A stretch of DNA of 64,000 bases from a virus. The position numbers and the translations under genes were made by a program. The notes beneath the pieces are model-generated. The model did not search any database and was not told the origin of the DNA. It saw only the letters and a program-made list of their open reading frames with translations. Location of the stretch: positions 1 through 64,000 of the IMG/VR virus record IMGVR_UViG_3300020438_000012; one strand, given 5' to 3'. Shown one piece after another: positions 39,693-50,000 of this stretch. Within the stretch, counting starts at the first letter, position 1, and each line of letters begins with the position of its first letter.

Positions 39693-40184
39693 ATGCCAAA
39701 AGTTGTAATTACAAATTCTAAAGGTTTGGTTCAAGAGACCGGAACTGGCTTCGAGCCAAACACGTCGGGTCTAGCAAGAGTTTTTTGGACTGCCACTACG
39801 ACCTTAAACGCTGTAGGGGCTAATGATGTAGAAATGACACTAACACAGCCTGCAAACACGGTCATTACTGATATGGGCTGGGTCTTTGATACGAATCAAA
39901 TTGCAGGTACATCGGGAAATAGCAAAATTAAATTCGGAACTGCTGACGACGGTGCTGAGCTAGTTGCTCTTACCGACATCATGAGCAGTGCAACTGCAAC
40001 TGCTGCCGGATCTGGTATCTCGCTTTCAGGTCTTCGAAGCGAAGGAGATGCGGCTCTTGTCGTAGTTAACAGTGCACCGATGTACACGGCAACTGCGAGA
40101 ACTGTTTTTATTCGCATTGAAAATTCAGCTGCAGTTACAGCAGGGGAAGGTCGTGCGTTTATAGTCTGCGAGAATCTTGGATAA
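39693..40184 (+). CDS. putative head decoration/accessory protein, copy 2
   Basis: Shares GLVQETGTG, ANDVEMTLTQPAN, GTADDGA, LSGLxSEG, YTAT and ENSAA with copy 1. Confidence 0.55.
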   Translation: MPKVVITNSKGLVQETGTGFEPNTSGLARVFWTATTTLNAVGANDVEMTLTQPANTVITDMGWVFDTNQIAGTSGNSKIKFGTADDGAELVALTDIMSSATATAAGSGISLSGLRSEGDAALVVVNSAPMYTATARTVFIRIENSAAVTAGEGRAFIVCENLG

Positions 40185-40201
40185 ACATAGTTTGTTAAAT
40201 G

Positions 40202-40235
40202 GTGGGAAAGGCTTTCCAAAAAAAGCCTTTCCTAC
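40202..40235 (+). terminator. stem-loop, possible terminator or processing site
   Basis: GGAAAGGCTTT-ccaaaa-AAAGCCTTTCC 11-bp perfect stem in an intergenic gap; weak U-tract. Confidence 0.55.
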
Positions 40236-40265
40236 TTGAATTGATACATAGAATACGAGGTAAAA

Positions 40266-40517
40266 ATGGCGACAAGAAAACTTAGCAATAAAGCTAGCAA
40301 TGAGAAAGTAACAACATCAAAAAAAACTTCCACAACAAAGAAAGTTTCTACAGCAAAGAAAACTACGGTTGCAAAAAGACCGCTGCTTAGAAAACCTACC
40401 CATGAAGAACTCATGAGTGGCGGAAAAGGACTAAGTGGAGAAGCTAAACAGGTTGTAGAAGATTTTCTTGCAAACAACCCTGATGCGCGTTTGTTTCTAG
40501 ATCTAGCAAAAAAGTAG
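40266..40517 (+). CDS. small Lys/Thr-rich basic protein
   Basis: KVTTSKKTSTTKKVSTAKKTTVAKR repeats; GAGGT SD. Confidence 0.6.
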   Translation: MATRKLSNKASNEKVTTSKKTSTTKKVSTAKKTTVAKRPLLRKPTHEELMSGGKGLSGEAKQVVEDFLANNPDARLFLDLAKK

Positions 40518-40565
40518 CTTATACAAATTCGGATTTGAAGTTAGCTTAGCTTGCTTCATCTCCGT

Positions 40566-40602
40566 TTGTTCCACCTGTGATACTTATGTACAGGTGAAAC
40601 AA
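40566..40602 (+). promoter_or_regulatory. RBS-sequestering hairpin with ATACTTA in its loop
   Basis: TTGTTCCACCTGT (40566-40578) pairs with ACAGGTGAAACAA (40590-40602, containing SD AGGTG and the A of ATG), 12/13 match; ATACTTA at 40580-40586. Confidence 0.6.
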
Positions 40603-41792
40603 TGTCCTCCTTTACTACAACAGCAAATCCAACACCTTTTGGGTTCTTTGATGCCGATAGCGGCTTCCAGTCAGATGCCGACAGCATGGTCACTTTTGTC
40701 AAGCGAAAGCTTGGTGATGACGTTCTTTCTGTAGAGCTGACGAAAAAAATGGTCTGGGCATGCTTTGAAGAGGCAACCTTAGAATATAGTTCTATTATCA
40801 ACATGCACGAAGCAGAAAGCACGTTGATGAATCTATTAGGTGTTGCAACTGGATCTGCAGTTTCCGGAAGCTTTAACATTGGACCTCACGGAAAAGAAGC
40901 ACTGCTCCAGAGGTTTAATCTAGATTTTGCATCGAGGACTGCTTCTGCTTTTTCTACGGAAGCTTTTGTGGGTGGAGATTATAATCAAATTAGCGGGTCG
41001 ATTCAGCTAGTTAGCGGACAGCAAGATTATGACATCTATTCAGAACTTAAAGATGAAGCCGGAACTGCGCTTACTGCTTCAATGTCTTCTCCTGGGAAAA
41101 TGAGAGTTACAGAAGTATTTCACTTCGACCCTCAGGCTGCCTATAGATTCTTCGATACGACTTCGGCCATGAACTATCTTTCTAACGAATTTGCTTTTGA
41201 AAGTTTTACTCCCGAAACTGTTTTCTATGTTTTGCCTGTCTTTGAAGATGTTCTTCGAGCAGGGCAAATGGATCTCTCTAATAGAGTTCGGCGCTCTAAT
41301 TTTTCTTACAAGATTATTGGAACAAAGATTCGAGTGTATCCTACGCCAACGGCAGAAAGTCCTAAAAAGCTTTTTATGAGAGTTCTTCTCGGCGCAGATC
41401 CGTTTAATCCTGCGTATGAGGATGCATCAATATTTGGAACATCAAATGCTTCAAATGCCCCACTTGGACACCTAACATATCAGAACGTCAACTCGACGGG
41501 CAGACAGTGGATCAGGCAGTACTCGCTCTCTTGCGCAAAAGAACTTCTTGGAATGGTAAGAAATAAATTTTCATCTGTCCCTATTCCTGGAGGCGACGTT
41601 ACTTTAAATGGCGCCGAACTTGTATCACAGGGCCAAGCAGAAAAAGAAGCTTATCGAACTCAGCTAAAGGAGCAGCTCGACAAATTAACTTATGGCGCAC
41701 TGATTACATCTGCTGCCGACGAAGCAGAAGCTTTAAACAGGTTGCTTAGGCTTATTCCAATGCCTAACGGTCTAACAATTTTTACGGGGTGA
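40602..41792 (+). CDS. neck/head-tail adaptor protein (T4 gp13-like)
   Basis: KRKLG..VLSVELT at the N-terminus; WIRQYSLSCAKELLGMVRNKFSSVPIPGGDVTLNGAEL; position after the head genes. Confidence 0.8.
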   Translation: MSSFTTTANPTPFGFFDADSGFQSDADSMVTFVKRKLGDDVLSVELTKKMVWACFEEATLEYSSIINMHEAESTLMNLLGVATGSAVSGSFNIGPHGKEALLQRFNLDFASRTASAFSTEAFVGGDYNQISGSIQLVSGQQDYDIYSELKDEAGTALTASMSSPGKMRVTEVFHFDPQAAYRFFDTTSAMNYLSNEFAFESFTPETVFYVLPVFEDVLRAGQMDLSNRVRRSNFSYKIIGTKIRVYPTPTAESPKKLFMRVLLGADPFNPAYEDASIFGTSNASNAPLGHLTYQNVNSTGRQWIRQYSLSCAKELLGMVRNKFSSVPIPGGDVTLNGAELVSQGQAEKEAYRTQLKEQLDKLTYGALITSAADEAEALNRLLRLIPMPNGLTIFTG

Positions 41793-41795
41793 TAA

Positions 41796-42467
41796 ATGGC
41801 CAGACTATTCATTACTTCTAGAGAGATTGACTTTATTGCCGACGTCACTAAAGAGCTGACGAAGGATGTCATAGGCCAGAAAATTTACTACTACCATGTT
41901 AGAGAAGACCTTTCCGAAGTAAACGAGGTTTACGAAGAAGCTCCCGAGAAAGTATTTGATCCTCCAGTTGAAATTGAATGCCTCGTAGCCTTTCAGCCTG
42001 GCGAATTTGTTTCTAACCGTTTCGGCGTCGACGAAAAATACAAGCAAGAAGTCTACATTCAATGGAGAGATCTCGTTGACAAAGGTTTAAACGAAACCGT
42101 ACAAACTGGTGATTATTACAGCTATGGTCCTAACTTCTTTGAGATTACATCCGTTGTTTTTGATAAAGAAGTATTTGGACAGATCGATCACTATGTTGGC
42201 GTTACGATGTTAGGTGTTCAAGCACGTCAAGGTCAGATCAGGTTTCAGCCTATTGGCCCAATCGGCGAGGAGTATACTGACGAAGGTGCCGTACAAGACG
42301 TATTTGTGCAGCAGAGGGGACTTGAAGAAAATAGACTTGGTGCTACTAACGATAAAAGAGCGTTGCAAGAGAACGGTGTTCTAGACAGTCCAATTACAGG
42401 TCCTGCAGAGGTTAGCCCCCAGGGCTCCGATAGTAAGGCCGGTTCTTCATTTTATGATGAGTCATAA
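41796..42467 (+). CDS. neck/head-closure protein (gp14-like)
   Basis: Synteny between gp13-like and gp15-like genes; KIYYY...VYEEA..KVF. Confidence 0.6.
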   Translation: MARLFITSREIDFIADVTKELTKDVIGQKIYYYHVREDLSEVNEVYEEAPEKVFDPPVEIECLVAFQPGEFVSNRFGVDEKYKQEVYIQWRDLVDKGLNETVQTGDYYSYGPNFFEITSVVFDKEVFGQIDHYVGVTMLGVQARQGQIRFQPIGPIGEEYTDEGAVQDVFVQQRGLEENRLGATNDKRALQENGVLDSPITGPAEVSPQGSDSKAGSSFYDES

Positions 42468-43762
42468 TGTCAACAAGATACTCAAAAACTTCGAATCACG
42501 AATTTGACACTCCGCAAGGATATGAAGGGTCTACAGCTCCGGAAGACTTTACTATTCCTTCGTGCACCATTGAAGACGTTGACAAGGCCGTATTTAATCT
42601 TTTTGAAAAAGATATACCGCTTTTTTACCTGATAGGGAAAGAGACTAGAAGAATACCGGTAATATTCGCAACAGGCGAGCGTTTTGCTATACTTCGTAGA
42701 AAACAACCTTTAAGAGACGAAAATAGCGTTGTTATTCTTCCCTTAATATCAATCATGAGAACAAGCGTCGATCAGAAACCTTCGATTGGTAACGGACCTC
42801 AGCAAACACTCCCGCAAGTTATTAGGCGGCGACTTAGTAAAGAAGATCCAAAATATCAAAGACTCTTAAACAAACTAGGTCTAAAAAACCAAGGCGAGCT
42901 TGGAGCAGAAGACACAAGAAGAACGACAGAGGGTGTTGACGATTATTTAAAGGAATCTGGGAATGTTTTACGTTCGGTTCTTAATAACAACTTAGTAGAA
43001 ACGATAGAAATTCCACCGGTAAAATACTACCAAGCTAGTTACGAAATCACTGTTTGGACTCAGTATACCGCTCAGATGAATGACGTTCTATCTGCAATTA
43101 TGTCATCATACACCAATATGCATATGCGTGAGTTTCGTCTCGAGACAGACAAAGGCTACTGGTTTGTTGGATATGTCGATAGCACGTTTTCCCCAGGCAA
43201 TAACTTTGATGAGTTCTCGTCCGAAGAAAGGATTGTAAGGTATTCTTTTAATTTAGATGTCGTTGCATACCTTATTGAACCAGACATTCCAGGAAGGCCT
43301 GTTGGCGTTAGAAGCTTTGTGTCTGCACCAACACTCGAGTTTGTCGTAGAAGACATACCCGCATTACCACTTGCCGTTGGAGGTCCTGCCTCTGGCGATA
43401 TCAATGCTTATGTTCTACAGGATTTAGATGCTGTTGATGCTTTACTTCCTGGTCAAGCCATTGGATCGTCTTCAACAGCTTCGGCTGCTATGGCTGCAAA
43501 TGGCGAATCTGGAACCGGGGCTTATCGAGCATCTTCCGATGCCCGAAGCCCACAATCATCTGAGCCACCACTTCAGAAATCGACGTCTGTAGGAACGACA
43601 AGCTCCGGTCCGGGTACAGAAATAATTAGAAGAACAATTGTTGATGAACAGACAGGTAATCGGAAAGAAGTGCTAGTTAGAGTAAAGGGAAGAAACTCTA
43701 GAAAAGGTGAGACGGTTCTTCGCGGAGAGATAGGAACTACTCTTGAAGACATTGTCTCTTGA
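42467..43762 (+). CDS. tail completion/sheath terminator (gp15-like)
   Basis: IPVIFATGERF, LPLISIMR, YEITVWT...QMNDVL; directly before the sheath genes. Confidence 0.65.
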   Translation: MSTRYSKTSNHEFDTPQGYEGSTAPEDFTIPSCTIEDVDKAVFNLFEKDIPLFYLIGKETRRIPVIFATGERFAILRRKQPLRDENSVVILPLISIMRTSVDQKPSIGNGPQQTLPQVIRRRLSKEDPKYQRLLNKLGLKNQGELGAEDTRRTTEGVDDYLKESGNVLRSVLNNNLVETIEIPPVKYYQASYEITVWTQYTAQMNDVLSAIMSSYTNMHMREFRLETDKGYWFVGYVDSTFSPGNNFDEFSSEERIVRYSFNLDVVAYLIEPDIPGRPVGVRSFVSAPTLEFVVEDIPALPLAVGGPASGDINAYVLQDLDAVDALLPGQAIGSSSTASAAMAANGESGTGAYRASSDARSPQSSEPPLQKSTSVGTTSSGPGTEIIRRTIVDEQTGNRKEVLVRVKGRNSRKGETVLRGEIGTTLEDIVS

Positions 43763-43815
43763 CTTATCAAATTTGAAAGCATATTTATCGATGAACATAT
43801 TGGGAGATAAGCTCC

Positions 43816-46800
43816 ATGGCGGAACAGACATTTAGATCACCAGGCTTCTTTGAGCAGGAGATCGACTTATCCGGTCGAACGCAAGCTGTTGAAGGCGTCC
43901 CGGCAGGAATTATTGGAACATCAAAGCGTGGACCAGCTTTTGTACCTGTTACAATCGGTACTTTTGCCGATTTTCAGCAAACATTCGGTGGACTAGATCC
44001 GAAGCGTTTTGCTCCTTATGCGGTTGAGCAATGGCTTAAGAATAGAACCGCTGTAACTTTTACAAGGGTCTTAGGCGCCGGCGCAAATAGAACAGCCGAA
44101 GATATTGCTCGAACGCGCCAGTATGGCGTTGCAAAGGCTGCAGGGTTCATCATCAGTGGATCTCAGAACGCAGGGGCTTCCTATGCACGTTCACAGGGTT
44201 CTGTAAAGTTTCTCTGTGCTGTGCACGATGCCGTTGCTCAAGAAACGCAAGGTTTCCCTGTCCTTACTGACAATGCGTCGATTGCTAGTGCAGATGCTGC
44301 AAACCTAGTAAGAGGAATGGTTCTTCTAGCTTCCGGAACTTCGATGTTTGTTACGGGAACTGAGTTAGGCCTTAGTTCTATGACTCCAGCCTTGATTGCC
44401 GGAGATACGCTGGCTGACGACGCAACTGCTGATGCATCGGGAGACTTTAGAATTATTCTCTCATCGTCTGCCACTAACTTTACAAACGATGCAGGCAAAA
44501 AGGGTGGAAACACTCAAGCAAAAATCTTTGCAGCATCTTTTGTTCCACAAAGTGAAAACTACATCGGAAAAGTTCTTAACACTGATCCACTAAAATTCCA
44601 GCAAGAGCAGCATCTATTATATGCCGACTTCCTTGTTGAAGACGAACTTGCAACTACAAAGTCAAAAGCGGTAGCAATCGTTTCAGGTTCGGCAACAACC
44701 GCCGCGCAGAGCGCAGCGGGCGGAACAACGGGTAAGTTTGAAGACTTCTTTGGAAGATTCGATGCTAGGTACACAACACCAACCACGACAAACGTAACAT
44801 CTCAGCCTTTCGGAAAAAAGGTTTATGATCTATTCAGGTTTGAAACGCTGGATGATGGTGAGTTTGCAAATAATCGATTTAAGATTTCGATTGCAAACAT
44901 TGTTGCTTCTACAGATCCTTCCAACAAGTTTGGAAAGTTTGATGTTCAGGTAAGAGCATTTAGTGACACGGATCTAGCACCTCAGATTTTAGAAGTATTC
45001 CCAGAGTGTAATCTTGACCCTACGAGTGATCGATATATCGCCGCGGTAGTCGGTGACAAGAAAGTTGTCTTTGATCATGATGCTCAAATTGCGGAAGAGC
45101 GCAGGCTTGTTATTACAGGCAAATATGCGAACGTTTCGAGATTCATAAGAGTGCTTCCGGAAACAGGCGTTCAAGATGGAGACGTTCCTAACGATGCACT
45201 TCCTTTCGGTTTCAGAGGCATTCCGGTTGTTAAGACATCAGATACAATGACCGACACTAAGGCCGCCCTGGCTTTTGATGGGCGGACCCTAGGCGTAGAA
45301 TCAGCATTCAGACTGCACGGCGTTGTTTCGGAGACTAAGGCAACTGCCGCGGCCAACGGTCTAACAGGCTCAATTGTTCCTCCGCTACCTCTTCGCTACA
45401 AAGTCACTCGCGGAGCTACTCTTGGAACTGGATACGAAGGCAATCCTGGCGCCGATGAAAGAACCGACGGTAGATTCTATTGGGGTGTCAAGTTTGAAAA
45501 AATGGCACACACAGAATCGCTAGGAACCCCGGTTCTAAATCCCAATGTTTCTTCAACACCTAATCCTCTAGTTGCAGCATATACCAAGTTAACTGGAATC
45601 TCTAAGCTTGATATGAGCGTTACGGGATCCGGCGCCGATGCGTTTAACAATAATGCTTTCACTCTTTCTCGAGTGGCTGTCGGCCCTGATACGGATAACG
45701 GTACCCCTGCAACTCCGCCTACAAAGTTTGCTGAGATTACTGGATCTGCAAAAGCACACATGCTTTCATCGGTCTACGTAAGAAATGGTACTCTTAAGTC
45801 TAACGTTGTAGACTCAGTTACGCAACAATACGTTGTTGATACTTCGCTAAACTCTAACCGAGTTACTTTGGCGACTTTGCTTGCGTCCTCTTCGGTTGTG
45901 TTTAATAGGTTTACTCCTTTTGCTAAGTTTACAATTCCATTCCACGGTGGCACAGACGGATTCAACTTGCTTGATCCCGATGCCGGCTTTGGCAATGATC
46001 GATCTACGTCACAAGATGCAGGTGGTTTAGCAGGATCGACAGCAGATATCGGCCTAAGAGCAACTTCTTACATTGCTGATGCTCCTGGGGAAAGCACTAA
46101 CGCCATGGGAATTGGTTTTAACAACAACTCAATTTCTTCCTTTAGGACTGCTGCAGAAATTAACACAGACCCGTTTGCGGTTAGGATTAATCTTCTGGCG
46201 ATTCCTGGAATTAAGGATGCGGCAGTTTCAGACTTTGCAAGTGAGCGCATGCGAGATTACAGCCAAGGGTTGTACGTTATGGATATTCCTGAATTTGGAA
46301 TGAAAGACGGAACTACATCAACTCGGCTGTTTGATGACAGCACTCTTCGCGCGGACGTTTTAGAAACTGCTGAGCAATTTGCCGGAAGAGCGCTTGACAA
46401 CAGTTTCGTTACATCATATTTCCCAAGCGTTATTATTGAAGATAGTCAAAACAAGCGTCGAGTCAAGGTTCCGCCTTCGATTGCTGCGCTTGCTGCTTTT
46501 GGTTTTAATGATCGTGTTGCTTATCCATGGTTTGCGCCGGCAGGGTTTAACAGAGGCGCTCTTGAGTTTGTCAAGAATACATCTACTAGACTTACGCAAG
46601 CCGATAGAGATACCCTGTATGAAAACAGGATCAATCCGATTGCAAACTTCCCAACAGGTGGATTTGTTATCTTCGGGCAGAAGACACTTCAGCAGACCTC
46701 CTCTGCACTCGACCGTGTAAATGTTAGAAGAATGTTGCTTGAAGTGAAGAGAATTATTTCCCAAGTTGCAAGAAACCTCTTGTTCGAACAGAATAACGCA

Positions 46801-47025
46801 ACTACGAGGAATCGCTTTGTCTCTCAGACAACGCCGCTTCTTGCGCTTATTCAAGCTCAGCAGGGAATTGAATCTTTTCAAGTTGTCATGGACAATACAA
46901 ATAATACCGAGCTCGACAGAGAGCAAAATAGGCTTAACGGCAGAATTGTTGTGGTCCCAACAAGAGCAATCGAGTTTGTTGCTATTGACTTCATCATAAC
47001 AAATGCCGGAGTATCCTTCGAATGA
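43816..47025 (+). CDS. tail sheath protein 1
   Basis: SPGFFEQEIDLS, RGPAFVP, WFAPAGFNRG, LYENRINPI, IFGQKTLQ, LDRVNVRRML. Confidence 0.95.
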   Translation: MAEQTFRSPGFFEQEIDLSGRTQAVEGVPAGIIGTSKRGPAFVPVTIGTFADFQQTFGGLDPKRFAPYAVEQWLKNRTAVTFTRVLGAGANRTAEDIARTRQYGVAKAAGFIISGSQNAGASYARSQGSVKFLCAVHDAVAQETQGFPVLTDNASIASADAANLVRGMVLLASGTSMFVTGTELGLSSMTPALIAGDTLADDATADASGDFRIILSSSATNFTNDAGKKGGNTQAKIFAASFVPQSENYIGKVLNTDPLKFQQEQHLLYADFLVEDELATTKSKAVAIVSGSATTAAQSAAGGTTGKFEDFFGRFDARYTTPTTTNVTSQPFGKKVYDLFRFETLDDGEFANNRFKISIANIVASTDPSNKFGKFDVQVRAFSDTDLAPQILEVFPECNLDPTSDRYIAAVVGDKKVVFDHDAQIAEERRLVITGKYANVSRFIRVLPETGVQDGDVPNDALPFGFRGIPVVKTSDTMTDTKAALAFDGRTLGVESAFRLHGVVSETKATAAANGLTGSIVPPLPLRYKVTRGATLGTGYEGNPGADERTDGRFYWGVKFEKMAHTESLGTPVLNPNVSSTPNPLVAAYTKLTGISKLDMSVTGSGADAFNNNAFTLSRVAVGPDTDNGTPATPPTKFAEITGSAKAHMLSSVYVRNGTLKSNVVDSVTQQYVVDTSLNSNRVTLATLLASSSVVFNRFTPFAKFTIPFHGGTDGFNLLDPDAGFGNDRSTSQDAGGLAGSTADIGLRATSYIADAPGESTNAMGIGFNNNSISSFRTAAEINTDPFAVRINLLAIPGIKDAAVSDFASERMRDYSQGLYVMDIPEFGMKDGTTSTRLFDDSTLRADVLETAEQFAGRALDNSFVTSYFPSVIIEDSQNKRRVKVPPSIAALAAFGFNDRVAYPWFAPAGFNRGALEFVKNTSTRLTQADRDTLYENRINPIANFPTGGFVIFGQKTLQQTSSALDRVNVRRMLLEVKRIISQVARNLLFEQNNATTRNRFVSQTTPLLALIQAQQGIESFQVVMDNTNNTELDREQNRLNGRIVVVPTRAIEFVAIDFIITNAGVSFE

Positions 47026-47059
47026 AATATATATTACTAGCAAGATTGGAGCATAACAG

Positions 47060-50000
47060 ATGGCTGAGCTGACTTTTAGAAGCCCCGGCGTTAGCACGAG
47101 GGAGATCGACCTCAGCGGTCCTCAACCGACACAACCTCAGGGAACACCTGCAGCGGTCGTTGGTACCGCAGAGAAAGGTCCGGCATTCGTTCCTGTGACC
47201 TTTGCATCCTATCGGGATTTTGCGTCAAAATTTGGCAACACCGATGGTGAAAAGTTTGGACCAATTGCAATTGCGCAGTGGTTTGCAAACAGGCAAGCCG
47301 GAACTTACTTAAGGGTTCTCGGCGCCGGCGATGGAAAAACAAGAGCCTCAGACGGATCTGTTACGAGAGCAGGCTTTGTCGTTGGCAGCCGGCTTCCTCA
47401 AGCCAGTGGATTGCTGGGAGATAATGTTCATGCAAACACAGGTGGCGTTGGTGAAGGTAGAACATTTTTTCTTGGCTGCTTCATGTCTGAATCAGCCGGA
47501 AGCACGATTTTTTCTGAAGCGGGATTAACTGGTAATAAGGCACACTCTATTCTCCGTGGCGTTATTCTGGCTCCTTCCGGAGTTGTTCCATTCCTTTCTT
47601 CAACACTCGAAACCGATAACGCTCCAAACGCCGCGGCTGGAGCTGCTGGTATTCCAAACTCGGCAGGTGGATCAGATGCCGGAGCATTGATTGGAACTGT
47701 TAATAAAGTTTCTCAAGAGTTTGTTCTTCTCCTTAATGGTCTTAAGCAAACCGAAAGCGAAGGAAAGAATATTATTACAGCTTCTTTCGATCCGCAAGCT
47801 TCCAATTATTTCCCTAATGTCCTTAACACTGATCCGCTTCTTATCGAGTCTCAAGGTCATTTACTTTACCGTCATTATGACGTCTACAGTTCATATGCTC
47901 AAATTACAGGAAGCGGATATGCCGGAAGCCTAGGCGCTCCCGTTCTCGGTGGAAATTTAGAGCAGGCAGCCTTTATTACAACAGGGTCACTTGCTAAGAA
48001 TACCCAGTCTGCAGAAGTTCCAAACTTCGAAGCATTCAAAGATCGCTTCCAACATGCATTCTCTCCGTTCGTTGTTTCACAGAAATTTGGTGGTTCACCT
48101 ACAAACCTCTTTAAGGTCCACTGCTTAGATGCTGGCTTGTATCCAAATAAGCGGTTTAAGGTAAGTGTTGAAAACATTCAGAAGTCCAACAATCCAGACG
48201 TTAAGTTTGGAAAGTTTGACGTTGTTGTGCGAGAATTTGGCGATGATGACAGAAACCTAAGAGTTCTCGAAGCTTTCCGTGGCCTCTCTATTGATCCAAA
48301 TTCAGAGAGATATGTCGCACGCGTCATTGGCGATCTAAACACTTTCTACGACTTTGATCAGAGACCCGGTAGCCAGAAGGTTGTTGTTGAGGGTAAGTTC
48401 CCTAATTCGTCAAACCTTATTCGAGTTCAGATGAACTCTGTGGTTGATGACGGAGAAATTGACCAAGAAGCTCTCCCGGTTGGCTTCAGAGGATTAAACC
48501 ACCTCGTCACATCAGGAACTACCGCTGCTGGAAACGTTATGTTAGCGTCAACCGGTTCAACGGTTGGAGCTGTCGTTCATGTTTCGGCTTCATTGTTTAA
48601 GGGAACACCTGTTGAGCCACCTGTTCCATTCCGCAGAAACGTTGCAGTTGGAACCGGTACTGCTAAGAGATCAGATGCTCAGCTTTACTGGGGCGCTCAA
48701 TTTGAGCCTCTGGACAGCTTGACACTGCCCAACAAGAATAACGCACCTCAAATCCAGCGTTCTCCGATGGATGCATACACAAATTACTTTGCAAACTACC
48801 ATGTTGGTTCAAGAAATCCATCTGTCGGTGGTAACGAAGGAACGGCAAACGACGGCGGTGTTGTTCTAGACGCAGATGCGTTTAACAACAACATCTTCTC
48901 CCTAGAGAGGGTTCAGGTCGTAACAAGTTCAACCGACGTTGTTGATTCCAAGGAATGGCAGGCAGCCGTTTACAGAAGAGACGAAGCACTGGCTTCGAGC
49001 CTTACTAAGAATGATGGAGTCACTCAACCTGGAAGATTCTTGAACATTGATAAAGACTTTGGTGATATTGCATCTAAGCAATTCTTTAAGTTCTCATTCC
49101 CGGTTCAAGGTGGGTTTGACGGAGTAAACATCTTCGACGATGACAAGTCAAACCTTCTTGATGTTGCTATCAAGCGAGAGGTTGCCGACTCTAATCAGGG
49201 CGGCATCAACGGACCAACCGTACAGTCTTACAGAAAGGCTATAGACATTCTAGAAGAAAAGTCAGATGTCGACATTCAGTTGCTTGCAATTCCAGGTATC
49301 CGTCAGTCGCAGGTCACAGACTATGCCATTGACGCCGTTGAGAACAGGTTCGATGCTCTCTACATTATGGACATCCCTGTTAGCGATGCCGAAAACAATG
49401 AAATTACCGGGTCGGCCGGCCTGCCAAATGTAACAAACACTGTTACGACATTCAAGGGTCGCCCACTCGATAGCAGCTTTGCCGCAGCGTACTTCCCCGA
49501 CGTCGTCGTCACTGATCCAACTACCAACACTAACGTGCAAGTGCCGCCAAGTGTTGCTGTTCTCGGTGCCTTCGGTCTCAACGATGCCGTGGCTTTCCCT
49601 TGGTTCGCGCCTGCCGGGTTTGCCCGCGGTGCTCTTGCAGCCTCTGAGGTCGCAGTTAAGACGAACAGATCAAACCTCGATGCTCTATACGACGCTAGGA
49701 TTAATCCGATTACGGTATTCCCAGGTCAGGGTGGCCCAACGATCTTTGGACAGAAAACGTTGCAGGCCGCAGAGTCTGCGCTTGATCGTGTTAATGTTCG
49801 TCGCCTCCTTATCGAGATCAGACGCCAGGTCCGGCAGGTCGCGAACACCTTTATCTTCGAGCCGAACAGGGAGACGACGCTTGCTCGATTCTCTGGCGCG
49901 GTAACTCCGATCCTTAATAGAATTCAGCAGCAGCAAGGTGTTGATAGGTTCAGAGTGCAGATTGATACGACAACAACGACCCAGGCGGACGTTGAGAACA

